Shown here: positions 44,501 through 57,900 of the stretch, piece after piece
How positions within the stretch are numbered: position 1 is the stretch's first letter
Layout: each line of letters starts with the position of its first letter
Assembly (NCBI GenBank): GCA_964247055.1
Contig: OZ176050.1
Coordinates: 4,898,001 to 4,962,000 of the forward strand
Length of the DNA stretch: 64,000 nucleotides
Source of the DNA: Paragordius varius
Lineage: Eukaryota > Animalia > Nematomorpha
Direction: 5' to 3'
The notes under the pieces: model-generated
The model's input: the letters and a program-made list of their open reading frames with translations, nothing else
Told to the model about the DNA's origin: nothing
The model's database searches: none
Translations under genes and position numbers: made by a program

Positions 44501-47500
44501 AGAACAAACGTAAAATTTCATTTTAAGCAAATATGAATAGAGTTAGTAAAACAAATTTTGCCCATCAATTTTTTGTTATATACATCATAAGTTATTTAGA
44601 TTTACTGCTTTATTAGAGTTAAAAAAATTCTATTGGCAAAAACTAGGCCTTATAATTAATTATGTATAAAAATGTATGCACTTGTTAATAAAAATAATAA
44701 TTATCTGAAGATGGTTAAGATAGCCAAATTATTCATTAATTTGTTTTACATTAATAACTACCAATATAATATAATTATTAAAAATTATTCATCAAAGTTA
44801 TTACAATAACTTGTTTTAATATATTTTTTTTCTCTTGGGATAAAAATTTATTAGATATGCCATCGAAAATTAATTTTTAAGCGCCATTTAGCGTGTGAAA
44901 GTTTTTTTTACATGTGCTGAAAATGCTAACATGTTAAATGCTTCCAATTCATATTTATTTATATTGGGAATAAATGAGGAAATTACATAATAATCTTTAT
45001 TATAATATATTCGAAAAAATATATATTTCCTTCTTTAATTAAAATTATTATTATTAAACTAAACTACCATATATAATAATATTAAAATATGTATGGATAA
45101 TTGGAAAAAAATAATAGTTTTTGCATTACATACGTATTTATTGATTTAGGAAGTGGTATTAAATGGCCAAAAATTATTCATAATTTAGTTTCTGTACTTT
45201 TAGGTTATGACTGGGGAGAGAATTGTTTTTAGATAATAATGTATTTTTTAACGGCAAATTTAGTTACATTTAGCACTTTGTTAAATACAATAATATATTT
45301 ATATATTTGGCGAAAATTTTATCTGTATATATATATATTAAGAATCTTTTTATGATTTTCTAAAACACTTTTAATGGTTACAAAAAAAACTTAGTGTGAA
45401 ACATTCAAAGAACACCCCAATCATTTTCGCCCTTCGGTTTAAAAATTCAGGAATATGGGTTTATGGATCTGTCTCTTTTGTCTTATCTAAAAATATGATG
45501 ACAGTTTTAATTGCAAAGAGTGCTATATTAATGAGAAACCTAAATTAATGAGTGTTAAGTATTGATTACCATATTTTAAAAAAATAAATTATTTGTTAAG
45601 TATTTCAGTACCTATATTGTGCAAAAATTTTAATACGTTACACGCATGATAATTTGGCAAATGTAAGAAACAATATAATATGAGAGACTCTGGGCGCAAG
45701 TCAGAAAATATATTCTTTTGAATATTTTACCAATTTATCAAATCTTTTATGATAAAATCCATGTTAAATCCGATTTAGTAGCAACCACTAACTGCTGTAT
45801 TATTAACAAGTATCCTAAATACAGGCCTTTAATTTAATTTTAGCTGTATCTAGTAGGCTAGGACATCTAAAAATAAAAACTAAGTTATTTTGAAATTTTA
45901 CATATGCCATATAATTTTTATCATTTTTTACAAACGTTTTTTAGATCCTAATGACTTGGCAATGCATCCTCCCATGCTTAGAAGGATAGGACATGCTTAT
46001 CAAACCCGCAATCCGCCCAAACGAAAAAAACCGAGGACTTCATTTTCACGCATTCAAATTTGTGAGTTGGAGAAACGGTTTATCCGACAAAAATATTTAG
46101 CTTCGAGTGAGCGGGCCAATATGGCACATTTGTTGAAGATGTCTGATGCCCAAGTTAAAACATGGTTCCAAAATCGGAGAACGAAATGGAGGTTTAAATA
46201 CTTTATTAATAATATACAGTTTAGAGTCTCTTTTTTCCTTTTTTATTAAAGGGTAAGGACTTAAATTGTATCCGGACATGTGAAGGCTTTAACACTAGCC
46301 TGCCCAGGGCTGACAGTGATGATGGAAAGATTGCGTAGTTTCGGGGTTCGAACTCTGGCAAAGTGTAAGAGTCCGGCGCCCTACCTTATACCATCACGCC
46401 TTTTAGGTTTTAATATTACTTTATTTATTTAATTAATATGAAACAAAAAGTTTATTTTAAAGAAATGGTAAATTTAATACATTTTAAGTAATATCCGCGA
46501 TTAAGAGTTTTTTGGAGCGGAAATTTTAGACGAAATATAATTTTGATAACTTAATTTTGATAATAAACACACACACTCAATTTAATTTAAAAATAATAAT
46601 ATTTTGTTTTTTATAAAAAAATAATTCAAATATAATCCGAATATAAGAGCTGTTCTCATACCTTTTATTGTACCTTTCTTTGATTTATGGACCGTGAATT
46701 TTTTTCATACAAAATTTTATTATATCGAAGCTAGCTAGTTGTTCTCTTAATTTATTAATTTCGAAAGTGCATCAAAAATGCAATGGACTTATTTTATAAG
46801 TCTAAAGTTATAGTATGTTTTTGCCCACATATGGTTAATGTAACAATTATTGTTGAAAAGACACCCAATTGGTAAATGTATATTATTTCCAGTTATTTTT
46901 GTTCTGAAAAATACTTATTAACAAATACCTGGTGTGGCGATAATATATAAAATTGAGATAATTGAGTAATTAGAGTCCGTCTATATAAAAAATAATCAAT
47001 AAACTATGTGTATGTAGATTATTTTTATAATGTTTTTTATCAAATTACCAATCTGGTTTAATTTATAAACTAATACGACTAATTTTACCTAAAATGGTAT
47101 AAATTTATTTAATTTGCCACCATCAAATACCTTTGAGTAATTGCATATCACTATTAGGAATTGAGATAGTCCAGATCAATCTAAGTGATGATAGCAATTA
47201 AGACTCCTATCATCGTTAGATATAAAATTAATTTATATAATTAAAGTTATTTCAGTAAAAATAGATTTTGAACTGTTGAAACTTATATTAATTCTCTTAA
47301 TAACTAATGTGATTTATTATAACCTTTGCGCAAATCAAAATTCTAAGGTGATTTTTAGGCAAAAATAATTAGCACTATAATAATTGATTGCTTGATTGAT
47401 TGTAGGAGACAAAGTGCCGAAGAAAGGGAATTGGAACGACAGGCCACAAACAAGTTAATTATGAAACTACAAAAATATGAGAATATTGATCAATCCGGTT

Positions 47501-48553
47501 TCTGTATGAATCTCAATCCCCCTTTCTCTTTTCCCAAATACAATTTGTTTCCAAGTACTATAATTTTGACAAATTATATAAGTAATGAATTATAAAATGT
47601 AGTGTAAGTAGGGTTGGGTCTGACTGGTTATTATTAATTCGTGACTATTTCCACTTTTAATAAAACAGGTGGTTGTAAACATATGTTCAACACATGTAAA
47701 AACGTTTATTTACCAGTTGGGTAAATTAGGATGTAAAAAATGTAAGATTTTAAAATTTCACCATTGTTTTGTTTCTAAATACTATTTACTTTAAACTGTT
47801 TGATTTGTTAGTTTTTAATATACTCTGTTTATATTTGTATTGTGGTGTGAAACTGGTTATAACAATGAATCATTTATTTGGAGTCAAGTGGGTTTTTTTG
47901 GCAATCAATGCTCCTAGCTATATGTGGCAGTTTTAAAACTATATACTCTTATTATTTGTTTGGTTATTAAATTCATTGTATTAATTAATTACAAATATAA
48001 TCTCCTAATTATACCATTTTATAAGAAGTATCCATTTTACGATTCACATGTAATAAATCTATCTTTTTCATTTACAAAACATTTTTATCTTAAATTAGGT
48101 ACAAATGAACATAACCCTGCAAATCCTTCCTTTCAACATCGCTCATACAACATAAGCCACCCTTCAAACACTTTTTTGTCAAATCCACCACCAAATTTAT
48201 CCATGCCGTCATCATTTAAAGATCCACTCACCTTGAATTCCCCTATGTCCTTGAATAAAAACGATAATATTAATAATGTCAATAGAATTAGCAATAGTAA
48301 TTATTTTCCAAACATTTTTCCTTTGGCAGCAGGGATAACTTTAGGAGCAAATAATCTTACACATACAGCTAACCAGAATGTATCCAATGAATATATTAGA
48401 GATGATGAATCGAAAATGCCAAATTCTGTGGCACCAACGAATGATAAAACGACAAACATGCAAAAAATAGATTCTGAATCTCTCAGACCTAAAAATCACA
48501 GCTATAAAATAACGACTTGTACCCACACTATCAGTTATAACTGTCCCTCATAA
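41549..48553 (+). CDS. Tlx: Tlx (NKL-class) homeobox transcription factor, 4 exons (41549-42752, 45945-46191, 47406-47497, 48099-48553), ~665 aa
   Basis: [63 protein letters not shown]|[12 protein letters not shown] (Tlx-diagnostic Thr47 and flanks). eh1-like FNINELL at the N-terminus. Introns of 3192, 1214 and 601 nt with compatible phases 1, 2, 1. Confidence 0.9.
46250..46400 (-). mobile_element. tRNA-derived SINE in Tlx intron 2
   Basis: Minus strand GGCGTGATGGTATAAGGTAGGGCGCCGGACTC...GAGTTCGAACC shows A-box-like and B-box pol III motifs. No closed acceptor stem. The body is repeated at 25860-25895. Confidence 0.62.
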
Positions 48554-49506
48554 ATTTATAAAGGCAGAATGTGTGCTTTCGGAATTTATAAATCTCAAAA
48601 GATTCTTTAGAAGTTTCTACCACAACCCAGGAAACATAACAATTATCAAGCGCATAATAATTTATTTTACTATATTGTATTTATTACAAAATTTTATATT
48701 TTTATGAATGTATTTATGTGGAAAGTTATATATTTATATGCAACTACATAAAACTTGGCATACACGATACCCGAGTGTCTTAAATTTTAAAGATTGCAAT
48801 TATATGTTCAATGCCTTATTTATAAATTAATAAATTTTATGATGGTGTTTAATTTGTTATTTAAAGTTTTTGAAAAAGTTACACTCTTTTTAGTGCAATA
48901 ATGGGTTGCGTTTTCCATTCTTGACCGTACTCTCATAGCTTTCCTAAATAAATGAATTATCTTCATATGTTAATAATTAAATGTAGTTTAAAATTCATAT
49001 TTTTTGAGATATTAAGATTTTAACAGTCGATCTATTCTTATTGAAATTATTTGTTCAAATATTTTCAAAAATTTTGATTAAAAGCAATGATTTATTTGTT
49101 AATTATATATATTAATAAAGCTTAAAACTAGGGGTTTTATTGGTCAAGAAACGTGAGGAACAGAAAATTGTATCTGACACTTGCATCTCGAAAGATGTAT
49201 ACACCGCACGCCTCCCATAGTTTTCTCTATGGCTTTTCCTTTGGGAATTAGTATCGAGTGATGTGAAACAATATTTTAACACAAGTTTAAACTTGAAAAT
49301 TTTACCCGATAGAAATTGATAAAATAAACTTCATATCCTAAATAAATTAATTGATTAATTAATTATTTATTTATTGATAATGCCAAATAATTTAATTTAC
49401 ATTATGAATGGGATCGCTTTATATCCGAAAATATTTTAAAACAATTCTTCATATACATACACATAATAACTTAATTATAAGTTCATTTTATTGGTCATAT
49501 TAGGAT

Positions 49507-49538
<32 letters not shown>

Positions 49539-50838
49539 GCCTTGGCGGAAATAAAAATTAAAAGGCTATATAACACAAATATAAATAACCAAATAGTTAA
49601 GCAATTAACCAAGAAACCTAAACTCTCTGGTATTGTATTATTTTGTCCACACTTTGTAATTATTTCCTTTGAAAACACAGAACTCTTGCGTTTATTCAAC
49701 TTATCCTTTTAGTATACAATTCCTAAGTATTTATATCACTATACGTAATTTACTTTTTATAACATATAATATTAAATAGAGGATAAATATGGATTTTTCG
49801 AAACAAAAATTCTTACATACTTACTTACCTGTGGAACAAAAATAATTTATGGATTTCGTAATTTGTAAAGATAAACATTATTATATCTTGTTTGTTTTTG
49901 GTTTTGAATGGTGCCATATATCTACATTTTTTAGACTGACAATTATTCTCAGGACTACCTACTTTAAAGGCCACCTCTCTTTAAATTTTTTATAATATTT
50001 ATCTCTAAAAGTATACTAAATATGTGACTGGGGTTTTCATTTCGTTGCGTATATATAATTAAAACTATAATTTTGTTTTTTTATCCATCCATTCACCAAT
50101 TTAAACGTTTTGCATAATTTTAAGGATGAGTGAGATTAAAATTAAACAGGTATAGTATATTGCGAAAAGAGCTAGCTAGCTCTCACTTAAGATTAATAAA
50201 TAATTCTGTTTGATCTGATTCCAACAGAGAAAACAAGGCAAATTACGGTAAAATTAAAATGACAGCATGAGACAAAAAATATAACTTTTTAATGGTTGCA
50301 AACGATGAAACACGCTATTAAAATAGGCAACATATAGAAACTTTTTTAAATTTAGTATTATTATTTAGAAAAATATGGAATGATTAGGAGAGTTTTTAAA
50401 ACATTTTTAAAAAACCTAATTTTGGCTATCACATTTTAATTTTTTAAAAGAATGATAGAAAAAATTTACAAGATAAAACCAATTTTTAGCGATTATCGGC
50501 ATGATAAAACACGGTAACCTAATCAGGTCCAAAATTGAGATAATATGATTTTATATGAGAAATATTTAAAAATCCTAAAAACATAATTGTTTGAATTATT
50601 AGAACTTTTGGGTCTAGCTTAATTATGAATTACCGCTTAAGAAGTTTTTCGCAGTCTTAGTTTAAATTCTATTAAATAATATTTATTTAAAGAATTCTGA
50701 GGCCTATGAAGTATTTTTACATATATATACAATAACGCATTTTAATTTTAATAAAAAATAGCTCATTTTTATATTTATGAGGATTTGTAAACATAATGTG
50801 CATTTTACATTTTTCCAGGTATAAATTAATTTTATTTT

Positions 50839-50877
<39 letters not shown>

Positions 50878-53088
50878 GAATCTTTACATCTAATAACTTT
50901 GATGAATGTGACAAGTAAAAATTACCTGAATATACATTTTTTACGACTTGTCCGGATAATAGGTTTTTTTATACATAGAATAGATAGGTTATGGCGCCTG
51001 TATATAATTAACAAAGGAGCAGGCAGGCAGCTTCAATTACATTTTTTAGTTGTATATATAAATTAAAAGTAGTCTAAAAACAAAACTATTATTTCAATAA
51101 ATATGTATAGGCTGACTTTGTTTTAAAGTAACTAAGGTTTTTTTTATTACTTTAATATTTTTTTAATAGTAATTCCAAGTAAATTTTTATTGTTATTATA
51201 TAATCGATGGGGTTGTTTTCTTTAAATTTTTCCTACAAATTAAAGTTTTTATTTATTTATTAATGTTTAATGTGATTTCTTATAAATGAATAAATATTAT
51301 ACTTTTCGATAAATACAGTTACGAAAGCTATTATTGGCCGTATTTTAATTGGCTAATTAGGAATTCATACATGTCTATTGGTGTATATTAGATTAGTGAT
51401 AATCAAATCGTGGCTAACGGACCGCATGCCCTAAATTGTTTATAAAAAATTTGATTTATTTTGAGTATAAATATTTCTGCAAGCTTTGAAATTTATATCA
51501 GTATTAATTGGTGCATGGCCCCCGTTTGTGGCCCTTTAAAAAATTTCCTTGTACCTTTGTATTATATATTTTTCCTTAATGGTAACACATTCATTGAGAA
51601 CAGGCCCCATTGTATTTTATCTCCACAATTCAATTAAATGTGTAACTAGAAAAAAATTCTAAACCTCTTTTATCCATTTAAGACCCAAAAATTGTGTTTT
51701 TGTTAAATTACGATTACAAATTTATTAAATATAATATAAAATATTTTATAATGAATACATGGTATTAAGTAAAAGTATTGTCGCCGTTCGGCGCTCAAAA
51801 TATGTATTTTTTATTATGGACTAAAAAGAGTACAAGAGTTAATTATCCTGGATATTAGCATAAAATATTATGCCTAATAAAATGATAGAATATGATTGAC
51901 ATGTGTCACCAAATTTTTATACTCTTCAGAAATTTGAGATTTTTAACTACTTTCAAGCACTTCAAATAAAAAGCATTGGCTGCATTTTTATATATAAAAT
52001 TTTTTTGAGAAAAAGTTTTTAAAAAAACCTAGTTGAAAATAATTAAAACTAAAAATTAGGAAAAATATCTGCTATGGCCCAAGTGTCCACTTATATATGT
52101 ATAAAACTCTTATTTTTTTATTTTTTCCCCAAAAAATTTAGCATTAAAACTTGAACTACCCCATAATTTAAAAAAAATAATATTTGAAGCATTTATAAGG
52201 TAGCAATTCGAAAAGCAGTGGTTTCCTAATCAAAGGCTTCTAAGAAATTAAAGGGGGGTGGAAAAATATCGTAGAGCATAAAAGTTAGTGCATATAATTT
52301 AAATTCATAAATTTTAACTGATAGCTGTTGCAATCATTTAAATTTTAACTTAAATTCACAAAAATCGGTTTTTATATAAAGTTGTATTATTAAGATCATT
52401 GGGTGTATTAACTTTTTACGTACATTTATTATAATATATGATAAAAATTTCATGCGTTGTACATCTAAATTATTCCCAAATATATTAGTCGTTTGACGAT
52501 ATTTATAAAAGCATTTATTTCTCTTAGATGACACTGCCTAATACTTTTTCGGATTCCGAAAGCCCATCCTTTACGTACTTGTAAATAAAACCCAATATTT
52601 GCCCTATTCATAATATAACGCAGAGTTAAAAAACCAGCCTCAACAATATATCAAAATTTTAAAATCAATATTAGAACTACATTGGTACTTAACTTTTTTT
52701 CGGTTTCAATATTATTAGGGATTATGGAAAAATTCATGTTTTACTTTATGTGTTAAATAGTAGCCAAAATATTTGGTAGGAATTTTTGCAGTTATTACTT
52801 TTATATGGCCCCGAACCCCGTTTTCGATTCAGAAAGCCCATTCTTGACTTTCACTATAATTGGACTTTTCCAAGACATACAAAATAACCTCAAATTTTGA
52901 CACACTATTATAACATATAAATACTATTTAAATTTTATAATAAACCCTTTAAACTAAATTTTAAAGATTAAAATTAGCCTATCAATCTCTAAAAAATGGA
53001 GAAATTAATGAAAAAAACAATTTAGGCTCATCGTTTTGCTATTATTTTTTGTAGCACATGAGAAAAAACGCCTAATTATTTATCATAT

Positions 53089-53456
53089 TATATCATTTAC
53101 AATTCCAATTCACCCTTCAATTCCCTTGAACAATTATTCACCCTCGAACAATTCAAATTATCCCCTGAATTCAAATTTCTAAAATAATTTATGTATTTTC
53201 GGGATAATATAACTCATCATTAATATGAAATATATTTTTTCGACATAGTTTATTATTTTTTGAAAATTATATTAATTTTTAACAGAATTTATTATAAATA
53301 TTATAAAATAAAGGTATTTTTGATCTTAAAAAACACATAATTTATTAGGGTGAATTTGAATTGTTCAAGGGGGAATTTGAATTGTTCAAGGTGAATTTGA
53401 ATTGTTCAAGGGTGATTAGAATTGTTCAAGGGTGAATTTAAACTGTAAATGGTATA
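53089..53456. mobile_element. MITE-like/foldback element, family A copy 2, with internal ~20-bp tandem repeats
   Basis: TIR TATATCATTTACA / TGTAAATGGTATA. The right arm has four ~20-21-nt units (g)tgaatttgaattgttcaagg at 53350-53432, mirrored in degenerate form in the left arm. Confidence 0.75.
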
Positions 53457-53561
53457 TTATTATTATTATTACTTACAATTAAAACCCGCATTGGTTGTGC
53501 GATATGGAATTTTATCATTGTAGTATAAAACAATATGACTTGATATAAATTTTAATAAATA

Positions 53562-54038
53562 TACCATTTTTCACTTCTAATACTTCAACAATTTAAATTC
53601 ACCAGACATTTCTTTAACCCTAAACATTTTGAATGTAGATTTCAAATGACCTTTGAACAATTTTAATCCACCATCGAACATATTTGTTTCTGACATAATT
53701 TTTTTATATATAATTTTGTTAATTATATACAAAGCTTTAATTTTAAAAATACCAAAAAATATATATATTTTTTTAATTTGAGTGTATTGTTTCTGCATTT
53801 TATTAAAATTTTATATCAAATAAAAATGACCTGTATTTTTTGATATTTTTTGCACACTCTTTTAAAAAAATTACACCAAAGATAAACTCTCCCATAAATA
53901 AATCAACTTTACGTTAGTTCAGCCCAACAAAAACACTTAATTTTGGGAGGTTGAAATGATAAGGGTGAAGTCGATTTTAAAAATATGAAAGCCGAGGTTT
54001 TTGAAATGTTCAAAAATTAATTTCAAGTGCAAATGGTA
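53562..54038. mobile_element. Possible second MITE with TACCATTT termini
   Basis: taccatttttcactt (53562) vs aagtgcaaatggta (ends 54038) form an imperfect inverted repeat. The interior has no coding potential. Confidence 0.4.
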
Positions 54039-54249
54039 TTTATACGAACATCTCTCTTTTAAGTTTGTCCAAACAATCGCAAATTAATAAATTTGTAAAA
54101 TTTTATTTTTTCCCACTTATTCGACATTTTCGGTCCTGATGTAATATTTAACCTGATATATGTAAATAGTACTAAACATACATCTATATCAGTTAAAAAA
54201 ACACAAAATAAATCTATCAAATTCAAGAAGGATATTTGATTATTTTGAT

Positions 54250-54510
54250 CAAAGGCGTAGCTAAAGGGGGAAGGAAGGGGGGCATGTGTACCGGGCGCCA
54301 TAGTTAGAGGGGAGCTTGATTTTGAAAATTTTTAATGTCATTTCAAAAAAATAGTTATTTAAAATATTTTATTTAAAATATATAAAAAATAACCCATTTA
54401 TGAGTACGGTTTGAGTTAGATTATTGTTTTTAAATGCAAGGGGCATGGAGGGGAGGGGACACCATCACGGATTCATGCACCGGGCGCCAGAAATGCAACT
54501 TACACCTCTG
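54250..54510. mobile_element. hAT-family MITE (261 bp)
   Basis: Degenerate TIR CAAAGGCGTAGCT / ACTTACACCTCTG with perfect 8-bp TSD ATTTTGAT (54242-54249 and 54511-54518). G-rich subterminal gcaccgggcgcca-like motifs at both ends. Confidence 0.85.
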
Positions 54511-54905
54511 ATTTTGATTTGAAAATTTTAAAGTACTTGATTGATTCATTTTTTGGATGTGTTCATAAAAAAATCAATACATATATATACAACATTTGGG
54601 ATATTTACCTCCTAAAAAATAAAAATATTTTATTGAAAAACTTTTAATATTTGCATATTTTTGCTAACATATTACATGAATATTGTGGCCCTTATAACTT
54701 TGAGCCCGCGAAAGTTATTTTAATTTTTACTAAAATAGAAAAATTAAAAGAGCCTGTGATGATATTTGGGCCATGATAAAATGCCCGATGAAAAATATTT
54801 TCAAGAAAGTCAGTTTGTTATACAAATTAATAAAATTGCAGTTAAAATAGAATTGTTTTCTATTGTTTTCAGAAAAATGGTGTTCTAATTAGAAAAGCGT
54901 TAATT

Positions 54906-57900
54906 ATGTCTTCCATTAAATTTAAGCATTTAATTACTAAACTGTTGGATTCACCAAATGTGGCATCACCTACCTTTGAAAGTGATCAAAACATCGAGCA
55001 GACGAAAAAACCATCCCTAAAAAGTTTTGTTTTGATTAGATTAAATTAACAGCAATCAAAAAGTATTTTGAAGATCAAATAGTTGCAAAAGAATCTGCGG
55101 TGAGTGCTAAAACAAAAAGCAAAATAGCATCTGTTGAATCTAATAAGGTTTGAAATTTAAGTTATATTAAACCAATATTTATATTGTCAATAGCAGTTTA
55201 ATATTATATATAAAAGGTCCAATATTTGTGAAAAATTATCCAGGTTTCAATTTCCACATTTGATATCATTTATCGTACATAATTTTCAATGTGTGTTCAT
55301 AGCGATTTAAGTTAATTGATCAATAACTTCATATAAGATGCGTATTATCAAAATCCAAGCATAAGTTTTAAAGTAAAAGCATAAATTCTTTTCATAAAAT
55401 AAAATTTCGAAAACTGTCGAGTCAACCAAAATTTTAAAATACTGAAAAATATGTAAATATCGATAGCACTTAAAATTAATATTTCTGTGCAAACAAATTT
55501 TTTTTTAATTCAGGGCCATAAAAAGGCACATTTAAGGCCGCGGTTTGCTTATGACTGAGTTAAATATCGATATGTCAACATTTTTCGTCAGTAATCGTGT
55601 AATCAGTTTGAGTTTCATGCTTGTTTGAACTCATCAGTACGACATTATTGATTCACACAAAATTGTCCTATCTATCATAATTTGTAATATAATCAGTCTC
55701 CTTACTATTTATATTTAGTTGCTGACAATGAAAATTTTATGGATAACTTTTAACTGGAAGCTATTAAACCAATATTTGTATTTCAATTTAGGTAAGCAAC
55801 ACTTCCCCTCAACCAATAGATATTAGCTCAACTAAACCAAATCAAATGTTAACTCAGCCATTCTCTGAGTTTCACCAAAAGCGCAATGCATTACTCGCAA
55901 AACTTCAGGGTGCCGTGGAAAATAAAAATAGAGTTGAAAATACAAAAATTCCAACCGTTAATGTTAAAAAAATTGTAATGTTTGCGCCTAAAGATAAGCC
56001 CAATACTCAAAAATACGTTGATCAAAGTACAGCTGTGACATTGTCAGAATTTACGAAAAATCGGAATGTTTTGCTCCAAAAAATGTTGAGTAGTAATTCC
56101 AACGAGACTCCTGAAAAAAATAACACACAGGTAAATAATAAAAAGCCGACCCCAAAACTAGAAGCTGCCCCAAAAATAGATAAATCGCCTATTAAAAAGG
56201 AAGTGAAATTTGATTTAACCCAAAATGTAACAACTAACATATCATCCGTGAGTTTTGCCGAAAAACGTACGGCTTTATTGCAGAGATTAGGTGGGAAACA
56301 ATCAGAAGAACCAGTACCTAAAAATCAAATAAAAGATTCACCTAAAAGTGTAGGAAAACTAGATTTATCATCAAAAACGCCAAAAAATTTAAATGTATTT
56401 GATAAAATATCCGATGCTAAGGAAACGACAGAAATATCTAATGCCCTAGTCCCATCAGAGTATGCAAAAAAACGGGATATACTTTTAAAAAAATTTGGTA
56501 ATAATATCGACGCAACTCCCATTACACCAACTCAAAAATCAGACTTCAGTTCTAAAGACAATCGAATTTCCTCCAAGAAAGAAGAAAATAATATGTCATC
56601 TGATTCAGATTACGCCAAGAAGCGCAATGCCTTACTTCAAAAGTTACAAGGAACTTCCATCAGTGACAAGGAACAAATCACAAAAAATGCATCAGTAATT
56701 AAAAAAATGTCTGCCACTTTAGTGGTCAAAGAGGGTAAAAAATCGCCATCTAAATCAGACTTAAAATCGACAGAAGCATTGTCTGATTATGCGCAAAAAA
56801 GAAATGCTCTCATGCAAAAACTGCTCGGAAATGCGACCAATGTCACAGAACCAATCGATAAAAAGAGTCCAATCACAAAGAAAGTATCCCACACTTTTGT
56901 TGAAAAAGCCAAAAGCCTTGATAAATCTATGCCTAAACAAGATATCAAGTCATCAGATGCAAAATCAGATTATAGTGAAAAACGAAATGCCTTATTACAA
57001 AAGTTTCAAGGTTCAGACAAGGTGGAAAAACAAGATGATAAGGCGATTGATAAAAATAAAAAACCTGATTTCTCACCAAAAAAACGAGACAACCCCAAAA
57101 TTTCCCCTAATGATACAAATAAAAAGGAATCGACTAACAAATTTAGCCAATCTAGGAAAACTAGTATTAAAGATGCTAATAAACCCTTAGTGAACGGTAA
57201 GGATACAAAACAGGAATTCAAGGATTGGAAAGATTGGGCCATAAACCCTAAAACTGAAATAAGGTTAGATATTTACAAAACTTTTTTATCTTATGCAAAA
57301 TTTTAATTTTCGCATGCATGGTAAGATTGAATACATTGGTTGGATTTGTTTAAGATCTACATTTTAATATATGTTGGGAAGGTTCCTACAAAATTAATAC
57401 ATTTTCTCTTTTTAGCGACCGTTCATATTCGCCGGTTTATACAATGATCGGTATTGTGACTATGGAATATGTTGACTATAAATATAGCATTAAAGCATTC
57501 AGAAATGTTATGACATATTGTATTTATAGCAAAAATAAGTTAATTTCACATTTAAAAAATAAAATTTATTTAAAATTAAGATAGAATGCGTATAAAATAA
57601 TTTACATGGTCTGATTCAGTTTATGTAGGATTTACCACCGCTCATTATAACAGCTACGGATTCAGTTTATATATAAACATTTAGATTAAATCTGATTATT
57701 TATAACATAATAAATCCATATCTTTTCTGTTGTTTAAAGTTGTTTTTAGTCTTGCTATTTGCCGTTAATGTGTTGGAATAGCCGAACTTGTTCTCCATAC
57801 CTAAGTTTTAGCCTTATATAATAGAAAAATCTGTTTGTGGCATTTCCTATTATATGCCGAATTTTGGCTATAAAGTCTTTAAAAAATTTTTTTGGTTTAT

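Noticed and set aside
46330-46400. tRNA-like sequence on the minus strand
   Set aside because: A and B boxes are present, but there is no closed acceptor stem or convincing anticodon arm, and the adjacent body is a dispersed repeat. Treated as a SINE head.
53340-53440. Regular ~20-bp repeats that might suggest a CRISPR array
   Set aside because: The units are contiguous with no unique spacers, lie inside MITE TIRs, and the context is eukaryotic with no cas genes.
32000-54300. Numerous 60-120 aa ORFs rich in I/F/L/Y/N/K (e.g. 33596, 36459, 38103, 38509, 40587, 40912, 49475, 52334, 53577)
   Set aside because: Their composition is what AT-rich non-coding DNA produces by chance. They have no motifs or consistent splice context.
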